From the human T2T-CHM13v2.0 reference genome, Homo sapiens: DNA of 64,000 bases. Shown in pieces: positions 54,775 to 64,000 of the stretch; within the stretch, counting starts at the first letter, position 1, and every line of letters starts with the position of its first letter. The stretch lies in NCBI RefSeq assembly GCF_009914755.1, contig NC_060931.1, one strand, 5' to 3'. The position numbers and the translations under genes were made by a program. Under the pieces are notes generated by a model that saw only the letters and a program-made list of their open reading frames with translations, had not been told where the DNA came from and made no database searches.

Positions 54775-55218
54775 AAGAAGAATGTATCTCACCAGAAGGA
54801 AGATAACCCAAAAATCATAGTAATAAGAAGGTAAAGTGCTGGCATCATAAACCAAAATAGAGAACTTGGATATAGACCCACGTGTGTACAAGAACTTGGT
54901 TTATGGCAGAGAAGCCACCACAAGTCAGTGTAGAAAGAAGAACATGTGTAGCAAATGATTGCTGAGAAAACTAGCTCCTTAATAGGGGGTGGAGGGTGTT
55001 GGATTCCCACCACACCCATATGCAGAGGTGGGCTCCAGGTGAATTAAAGATCTCAATGTGAAAGATGTAACTATAAAGGCAATAGAAAAAATTACAATCA
55101 TGTATTTGATACCTGGGGTTGGATTCAGGGAAGCTTTCATAAGAAAGACCTAAAAAGCACAAACTATAAGGCAAAACTTGATGTTTTCCCTATATAAAAA
55201 TTAAGAATTTATATTCAA

Positions 55219-56598
55219 AACTGGATTTCCAAATGCAAAAGAATGAAACTGGACTCTTGTCTTACACCATACACAAAAATCAACTCAAAATGGATAAAAG
55301 ATCTTAAAGGTAAGACCTGAAACCATAAAACTCCTAGAAGAAAACAAGCGGGAAAAAGTTTTCGACATTGGCCCTGGCAATGACTTTTTGGATACCACAC
55401 CAAAACTCAGGCTACAAAAGCAAAAATAAATCAATGGGACCGCATCAAACTAAAAAGCTTCTGCACAGCAAAGCAAACAATCGACAACAAAAAAAAAGGC
55501 AACCAACAAATCAGAGAAAAATATTTGTAAACCATGTATCTAATAGGGAGTTAATATCGAAAATGCCTTTTAAAAACGCATACAACTCAACAGCAAAAAC
55601 AACAAACAATCCACTTTAAAAATGGGCAAAGAACCTGAATAAACATTTCTCCAAAGAAGACATAGAAATGGCCAGCAGATATATGAAAGATGCCCGACAT
55701 CACTAATGATCAGGTAAATGCAAATCAAAACCACTATGAGATACCACCTCACATCTGTCAAGGTGACCATTACCAAAAAGACTAGAGATTACAAGTGTTG
55801 GTGTTGGTGTGGAGAAAAGGGAACCTTCCTTGTACACTACTGGTGAGAATATAAGCTCGTTTAGCCATTATAGTAAACAATATAGAAGCTCCTCAAAAAA
55901 ATTAAAAATAAAATTACCTTATAATCCAGCAATCCCATTACTGGCCATATACCCAAAGAAAATGAGATCACCACCTCATAAAGATATCTGCACTCCCAAG
56001 TTCATTGCAGCATTATTCACAATAGCCAAGATACAGAAACAGCCTAGATGTCTGTCAGTGGACAAATGGATAAAGAAACTATGGTATGTATACACAGTGG
56101 AATATTAATTAGGCTTTATAAAGGAGATCCTGCCATTTGACACAATGTAGACAGAGCTGGAGGACATTATGCTAACTGAAATAAGCCAGATACAGAAAGA
56201 CAAATATAGTGGATCAAACTTATATGTGGAATCTTAAAAAAGAAAAAAAGAAAGAAAGGCAAATACACAGAGATAGAGAATAAAACAGTGGTTACCAGGA
56301 GTAAGGTGGGAGAAAGAAATGGGGAGATGTGAGTCAAAGTACACAGAATAGCAGATATGTAGGATGGACAAATCTAAAGATCCAGACATGAGGACTTTGG
56401 TTACTAATAGTGTATCACATTGGGAATTTTTGCTAAATGAGTATATTGTAACTACTCTTACCAAAAAAAAAGTGCTAATATAAGATGATGGATATGTTAC
56501 TTTACTTCACTATAGTAATTATTTTACTATCTACATGGATCTCGTAACATCATGTTGTATGCCTTAAATATACACAATCAAATTTATTTTTTAAAAAA
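55219..56598 (+). mobile_element. L1MA-like 3' portion
   Basis: ORF2 C-terminal remnant (KLPYNPAIPLLAIYPK...[13 protein letters not shown]) and L1MA-type 3' UTR. Confidence 0.87.
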
Positions 56599-56707
56599 TC
56601 TAATTGATACAACTCAGCACTCTGGAGGACCCACCATAGGTAAAAGTTAACTTATTATGACCATTCAGGGGCAAAAAGAATTTCTATTTAAGGGATACCG
56701 TAGACAA

Positions 56708-57001
56708 GGCCAGGTGCAGTTGTTCACACCTATAATCCCAGCACTTTGGGGGGCCAAGGTGGTTGGATTGCTTGAGCTCAGGAGTTTGAGACAACCTGGG
56801 CAACACTGCAAAACCCCGTCTCTACCAAAAATACAAAAATTAGCTGGGCATGGTGGCACATGCCTGTGGTCCCAACTACTGGAGAGTCTGGGAGGATCAC
56901 TGGAGCCCAGGAAGTTGAAGTGTCAGTGAGCCATGTTTGTGCCACTGTGCTCCAGCCTGAGTGACATAGCAAGATCCTGTCTCAATCAATCAATCAATAA
57001 A
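56708..57001 (+). mobile_element. AluJ
   Basis: Dimeric Alu with (CAAT)n tail; TSD ATACC(G/A)TAGACAA. Confidence 0.88.
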
Positions 57002-57083
57002 GAATACCATAGACAAAACTAACATATGGAAGCCTGATTAGAAAAAGGCATTTGCAATGTCTAAAAGTGAGTAAGTATTAATG

Positions 57084-57216
57084 GCCGGCCACCATAGCTC
57101 ATACCTGTTATCCTAGCACTTTGGGAGGCCAAAGCAAGAGAATCACTTGAGCTCAGGAGTTCAAGACCATCCTGGGCAACATAGTGAGACCTCGTTTCTA
57201 TTTAAAAAAAAAAAAA
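57084..57216 (+). mobile_element. FLAM_C-like Alu monomer
   Basis: Single left monomer with poly(A). Confidence 0.8.
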
Positions 57217-57361
57217 CTGACTAAGCATTAACAGAACATACAAGAAAGGAAAGCTAATAGAAAATTAAAATTACAGTGACAGAAACATTTAATCCCATCA
57301 GAATGGAAAACCTAGGAAAGTATATATAATTGGCATCTGTCATTCATGGCTCCCCAAAATC

Positions 57362-57968
<607 letters not shown>

Positions 57969-57969
57969 C

Positions 57970-58420
57970 CCCAAATCTTTTGAACACCTCTTCCCCAAGT
58001 GAACATTGCCTTCCTAACACTGGAGGGTGGGGAGGAGCCCACATTTTTGAGTCTCAGTTATTGTTAGGGAATGGACATGGGATTTAGGTTCCACTAACCA
58101 CATATGGGCCCATGACACTTAGATTTAGACCTGAGTTATGTGGGGAAGAGGGAAAGTGCAGAGGTCCCATTGTGGTTGGTAGCAGAAGCCGTGCACTGTT
58201 GGAGCTGGCGGCTGATGGGGCTTCCTGCTCTAGAAACTCTTGACTGAGGCAGAGGCAAGGGGCTGGTCTGCGGTATCACACGGGAAGTCATTCTTGAAAG
58301 CTCATTCTTGAGTCTGTTTCTTCCAAGCTCCAAGATCCTATGATCTACTACAAACCCCGAATCAATCCTTTTCTTCTTAAACTGAGTAGAGGGGATTCTG
58401 CAGCTAATAACCTTATCAAC
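57970..58420 (+). mobile_element. LTR33-like ERVL LTR (probably begins ~57338, before the Alus)
   Basis: AATCCTTTTCTTCTTAAACTGAGTAGAGGGGATTCTG resembles the LTR33 3' end. Confidence 0.5.
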
Positions 58421-58449
58421 AGATTTGCTCCTACCAGGTGTTAATGAGA

Positions 58450-59800
58450 ATTCACTTATTCAACAAATATTTACTGTATGACTTCCAGGGAGACAAAATC
58501 TTTTTTCACTAGGAGCTTCTAAGTTTGTGGAGACAGACAATAAAGAAATAAACGTGTGGGGTGTGTGTGTGTGTGGTGTGTGTGGTGTGTGTGTGTGTGT
58601 GTGTGGTGTGTGTGTGGTGTGTGGTGTGTGTGTGGTGTGTGTGTGTGGTGTGTGTGTGTGTGTGGTGTGTGTGTGGTGTGTGTGTGGTGTGTGTGGTGTG
58701 TGTGGTGTGTGTGTGTGGTGTGTGTGTGGTGTGTGTGTGTGGTGTGTGTGGTGTGTGTGTGGTGTGTATGGTGTGTGTGTGGTGTGTGTGTGTGCGGTGT
58801 GTGTGTGCGGTGTGTGTGTGGTGTGTGTGGTGTGTGTGGTGTGTGTGTGTGGTGTGTGTGTGGTGTGTGGTGTGTGTGGTGTGTGTGTGGTGTGTGGTGT
58901 GTGTGTGGGTGTGTGTTGTGTGTGTGTGGTGTGTGGTGTGTGTGGTGTGTGTGTGGTGTGTGTGGTGTGTGTGTGGTGTGTGGTGTGTGTGTGTGGTGTG
59001 TGTGTGTGGTGTGTGTGTGGTGTGTGTGGTGTGTGTGGGGTGTGTGTGGGGTGTGTGTGGGGTGTGTGTGGGGTGTGTGTGGTGTGTGTGTGCGGTGTGT
59101 GTGCGGTGTGTGTGGTGTGTGTGTGTGGTGTGTGTGTGGTGTGTGTGTGGTGTGTGTGTGTAGTGTGTGTGTGGTGTGTGGTGTGTGTGTGGTGTATGTG
59201 GTGTGTGTGTGTGGTGTGTGTGTGTGGTGTGTGGTGTGTGTGTGGTGTGTGTGGTGTGTTTGGTGTGTGTGTGGTGTGTGTGTGGTGTGTGTGTGGTGTG
59301 TGTGGTGTGTGTGTGGTGTGTGTGGTGTGTGTGTGGTGTGTGTGTATGGTGTGTGTGTGGTGTGTGTGGTGTATGTGTGGTGTGTGTGGTGTGTGTGTCG
59401 TGTGTGTGGTGTGTGTGGTGTGTGTGTGGTGTGTGTGTGGTGTGTGGTGTGTGTGGTGTGTGTGTGTGTGGTGTGTGTGTGTGGTGTGTGTGGTGTGTGT
59501 GTGTGGTGTGTGGTGTGTGTGTGTGTGTGTGTGTTTGAGAGATGTCAAGTGGTGGTACGGGCTATGGAGAAACATTTTAAAGCTCAGCAAATGAGGTCGC
59601 TATTTTATATGGATGGGTCAGGAAGTCTTTCACAAGGTGCCCTTGGAGCAGAAACCAGAAGGGATGAGGACAGCGTCATGGGGACACCTGGAGAGAGAGC
59701 ATTTCTGCAGAAAAAAGGGCAGAGGTGAGAGAAGGCTCGCCTTGTTTTTGGACTGGCGAGGAGGCCAGTATAGTGGAATAGAGAGAGTGAAAGTTACATC
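58450..59800 (-). mobile_element. L2 fragment interrupted by a GT-rich array
   Basis: TTATTCAACAAATATTTA...GGAGACAGACAATAAA before the array and GGTCAGGAAG...GAGCAGAAACCAGAAGGATGAGG-like sequence after it. Confidence 0.6.
58553..59535. repeat. ~980 bp (GT)n array with periodic GG interruptions
   Basis: Seen directly. Confidence 0.97.
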
Positions 59801-59823
59801 GCTCCCACTCATCAGAAAATTCA

Positions 59824-59983
59824 ACACACACACACACACACACATGCGCACACACACCTGCCATACATGCACACACACACCCTGCTATGTGCACACACAT
59901 ATGCACGTGCACACACACAGAGACATGTGCACACCCTGCCACACACACGTACGTGCACCCATGCACACACCCTGCCACACACA
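59824..59983. repeat. CA-rich imperfect repeat
   Basis: Seen directly; includes recurring CACACCCTGCCACACAC. Confidence 0.85.
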
Positions 59984-62169
59984 AGGGCCTGGGAGCTATC
60001 CTCCTACATATGTCTTAGGAAGTTGTGCACGTGCCTGAGCTCTTCAAACTAGATGTAGACAGGAACGAGCTCAAGGCGCAGAGGAAACCTTGGGGGCCAT
60101 CAGCCCTTTACAGGAGGAGAAACAAGAAGCCAACAAAGGCGACCTGGAAGAATGGTCGGTGCAGAGAAGAGGAAGGGAATGGAAGTCAGCTTGCAAGTCA
60201 GGCGGCCACTGACTGCTCTCGTGAAGCTGGAGGAGGTGGCAGTGGAAGACGTCGAAGCCTGGAGAGAACACAGATTCCAGGTCCAGGGGGGCGGTCAGTG
60301 GTGTGTTTTCAAGACAGTGCAGGAGCTGAGCCAGGCTGTGCATGAAAGAGCGCACGTGTGAGAAGCGGAGAGGGTTGTGTGTCTGTCAGGAAATCTGGTG
60401 AGAACTGGGATGGAGCCCAGGGCAAGCTTCTCATGGTAAGGGGGGCACTCATGAAGGGAGCTTCTTCGTTACTCGAGAAGCTGAATAATTAACATATCTA
60501 AAGGGACAAAGCGCCATGAACCAGAGGATGTGGGAAGATTTGGAATCCAATCTCCCTTTCCTCTTATCCAGGAGGAAAGGAAGAAAGGGTTGACCTGCCA
60601 GGGACACTTGAGCCACCCTGCAGAAGTGGCAGGCTGGGGGATGGCCGCTGCCCATTTGCTAATTACAACACTTCCTCCACCTGTGAATGTGTGGACTTCG
60701 AAAACCATCACTAAATAGACCAGTACTCCAAGGCCTAGGAGAGCCTGATCCCACGAGATACTTAATGCATTTTGTTAATGTAACAAATGAATACAATGGG
60801 CACAGAATGTTCTTCAGCCTCATGTCTTACATTGTTTCATTAGAAAACGTTGAGTGCTGGCTACTGTACGGTATCTCTGTTACAAGACAGAGGGAGCCAG
60901 CTTGGCAATTCCCCTAATGAGGACAGGGACACTGAGATCCATTGTGATTGCTGTCAATCAACTTGGGCGAAAAGAAGGGGTGCAGCTCACCTTGGAGGAG
61001 AAAAGCGGGACTGGGTTACAGCCACAGAGTCCCTGTGGATGACCGACCCTCCCCCTAAGTTGGGGAGGAGGAGGACATGGAGAGCTGGGTACAAACAAGT
61101 TCACTGTACAGAGAGCACCCTGCAAAAGGGTGGCTGAACGCACTGGAGGCGATGTCTCGGCACCCACTCAGGGCCCTTTCTATTGGAAAATAAAAGGATT
61201 TTGTAAAGAAAATCCATTCTGACTAGTGCTTTTCTTGGAAAGCGAAACCTTTTGCAGAGTGCCTTATACACTGAGCTCAAATTTAGCCTAATTTGGATCT
61301 TCAAAGAAGGAAATCTCCCTGAGAGTGGTTCCAGAAAGGTAGGACTGGGGGCTTAAGAAGTGGGATAGGAATTAGAATAGCTGTCATGGGGCATGTGTCA
61401 GGGCAACGGCAGTGATTGAACTACTGATGAGCTGTCTCGGGTCGTTTTGAACCAGAGAGCACAGACATGTAGAAGAAGTCAGCAAAGCTGAGACCATCTC
61501 CAGAAACATCCCACAGTGCAGGAGCGGGGACCTCACAGCAGGAAGCAGCTCAGGCCAGGGAGTGAGAGACCCTCATGCTTGCATCCCTCTGAGCCAGCAA
61601 ACCCACTCCCAGAGATGTTCCTCGGGAGGCGATCAGGAGGTTCTCAAAGACATTCTCCCAAGACCCTGCACAGCAGCTCTACACATAATACCAGAAATTC
61701 AATACCCACTGAGGATAGATCGGCTAAATTACAGTATAATAGATTAAATAATAGTATTTAAGTGTGAAAAGAGCTAACATTAATAATGGAGATATTTTTT
61801 CAATCAGACAACATTCAGAAGGGATTTTCTTAACAAAATCACTAGAAAGAGGTTCACAAAACACTGCTGAGTGAATGGCAAGTTTCAAAATGCAATCCTA
61901 TATATGTTTTTAAAAATGCATTACCTATATCGACTAGACCCACAGATATCTCTGAGGATATTCACCACTGTGTAAACAGTGGTTATCTCTGGGTGGTAGG
62001 CTTAAGGAAGTTTTTTTCTTTATTCTTTAAAATTCACTGATTCATCTGAATTTTCACTAAGTATGTGAGTTATATTTATGACCAGAAAAACACTGAGAAG
62101 TATCCAAGGGGAAGACCACCAAGGACCTCGCAGACGCATCACCTTGTGCACTGACTACATTGTAGGGTC

Positions 62170-62660
62170 CTGTCTCAGCTCTGCTAGCCCAGAAACTCTG
62201 CTTAGCACCTGCATCAGTGAAGACCACCACCAACTCTGGCTTAAACAGACAGGAGCTTATTTTCTACAATGTCCAGAACAAGGCAAGTGGGGGCTGGGGC
62301 AGCTTCTCATGGATGTCACCAAGGAGCCACAGCCCCTCTCTCTCTCCTTCCTCTGATATCCTTGAGTGTAGCTTTTGTCTTCATTGTCACAAAATCGCCG
62401 CTGCACTTCCAAGCCTCACAATCATGTTCTAGGTAGAAAGAAATGGGAAGGGCAAAAAGGTTTTCTCCAGCAGGGCTTTACCTTTGTTATCGTGAAAAAG
62501 GATACACTCCCTATAAACTTCCGCCCACGTTGCATTGGCCAGAACTGTGGCACACAGCTCCCCTGAGCTTCAGGAGGGTCTGGAGGGTGAGTATTTTAGC
62601 TGGCATGTGGATTCTACTAACAGGGAAGAATGGAAAATAGATAACAGTGGCAACTGTCAG
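62170..62660 (-). mobile_element. Old MLT1 (J/K/L-like) LTR
   Basis: TGGCTTAAACAGACAGG...GATGTCACCAAGGA...CATTGGCCAGAACTG matches reverse MLT1 motifs. Confidence 0.55.
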
Positions 62661-64000
62661 TGGTGCACAGCCTCCCTGGGGAATCGTTCTAGCAGAGAAT
62701 GGTTCCTGCCCGCAATAGACTGATAGATGAACCAGGGTCCAGTGGATTCGTTCCCACTCCAACCACCAGAATGACCTTCCCACCAGAACACTGTCTTTCC
62801 CAGGATCAGAGAACTGGTACGTAAAATTGTTAAACTAAACATTGCCTGTGAACATGGAATTTGGTCCATGGCAGGTGCTAATATTGGAGGGCATCTCCCC
62901 AACGCTATGATATGGCCTGATGACTCTCCCTGCCCGAGACATCAGCGCTCCAGCATCCTGGATGCTCACAACACTCAAATTCCATGTCCCCCGGACAGTG
63001 CTGGGCAGACACCGTCAACATCCATCTCTCGGACTCCCCATTTTGTGGGTTGTCTATCCCCAAGTCGCCCTTCCTCTGCTCGCATTATTTATTTAGCTTT
63101 ATTAAAGTCATGTCTGATTTACCTTTGGCCTAGAAGGCAACCTGTCTCCTGCCATTTGCATTGATTCTAGTAACCAAGCTCTCCTGGGGGCCTTTCTTTT
63201 GTCCCCACAGGGGCAGCCAAGTGTTAAGCTCTGCAGACTCATGAAGCCAGCGATGTTGGGCTAGTGAGGGCTCTCTCCCTGTGTCTTGCCAGCACCTCAA
63301 AATTCTATCCTCCCAGGAGTGGTTGCAGTGTTAAGGGCTGTTTTGCGCAGAGAAGAAAAGGTTGAGGGGACCCGAGCATTTGCCTAACATATCTGAGTCG
63401 TTGTCAGAGGCTGGGCTTATGGAGCAGCTGGAAGGAGAAGCAGGACCAACAGATGCAAGGCACTAGAAGACAGATTTCGCCTACAACAGGCACTGTCCAG
63501 CGAAGTCAAGCATGCTCTGTTCCTGGACAGGGGTCCATCCATCTGGGCTGTGGTGGAGGGGATTTTCATTTTGCATGGATTCAAAGGAACATTCCAGCAG
63601 TAAGGAAAGTACATTCACCACCACTCCAGGTTCAATCCCCCAGAGTTTTAAATTTCTCCCATCTTTTTCTGGTTTCCCTTCTCCTTCTGAGAAATTTAGA
63701 CATCTTTTTTTAAAATGTCCTTACTGCCAGCCTCTCCATCACATTCCTGGTCCCAATCCAGACCTGAGTGTGGAAGTGTGAACCCCCTTTTCTAATAGGA
63801 CATCTGAGGCCACCATGGGATTTGCTAAAGGAATTGTTATGGGGTTCTCATTCAAAGGAAAATGCAAAATGTTGTCATGTTTGTGGAGTAAAGAACTAAG
63901 ATACGTGAGTCAGCCCGTCAGTCTCCCTCATGTTTCCTGGCCTCCCATGCATTTCAATGGGGCCATGAAACTGGCTCCAAGCAAAGCTCCAAGCTGGTGT

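Larger units (their letters stand above)
53480..57070 (+). mobile_element. Degraded L1ME-like ORF2 remnant hosting ERV, L1MA and Alu insertions
   Basis: Collinear ORF2-like pieces at 53480-54169, 54775-55218 and 56676-57070. Confidence 0.6.

Noticed and set aside
58460-59728. Long ORFs of 355-390 aa (His/Thr or Cys/Val rich)
   Set aside because: These are translations of the GT repeat, which lacks stop codons by composition.
60278-60296. Possible third CTCF motif (CCAGGGGGGCGG)
   Set aside because: Lacks the 5' CC of the core; too weak without ChIP data.

Overview
This is primate genomic DNA, almost certainly human, not prokaryotic. It contains one complete protein-coding gene, AOC1 (ABP1, diamine oxidase, a copper/TPQ amine oxidase), on the + strand. 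The gene has a non-coding exon 1 ending at 1328 and coding exons 5231-6800, 7523-7808, 9265-9397 and 9707-9973. These sum to 2256 nt (751 aa plus stop), all with GT-AG junctions, and an AATAAA lies at 10035. From recalled knowledge this is chr7q36.1, and the rest of the window is intergenic DNA towards KCNH2. The remaining ~54 kb is mostly transposon-derived: Alu, L1, L2, MIR, MaLR/ERV LTRs, a full-length Tigger1, a Tigger2a and simple repeats. I found no convincing novel biological system. The most notable structures are a four-level transposon nest ending in an LTR7 solo LTR, an ERV remnant that starts inside its primer-binding site yet has a TSD, a tailless Alu with an intact TSD, a possible old L1 3' transduction, two CTCF-like motifs (one beside a G4-type minisatellite), a ~1 kb GT-rich array and the AOC1 Asp645 allele. 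Repeat subfamily names come from recalled consensus sequences, and boundaries are approximate unless a TSD or TIR is given.
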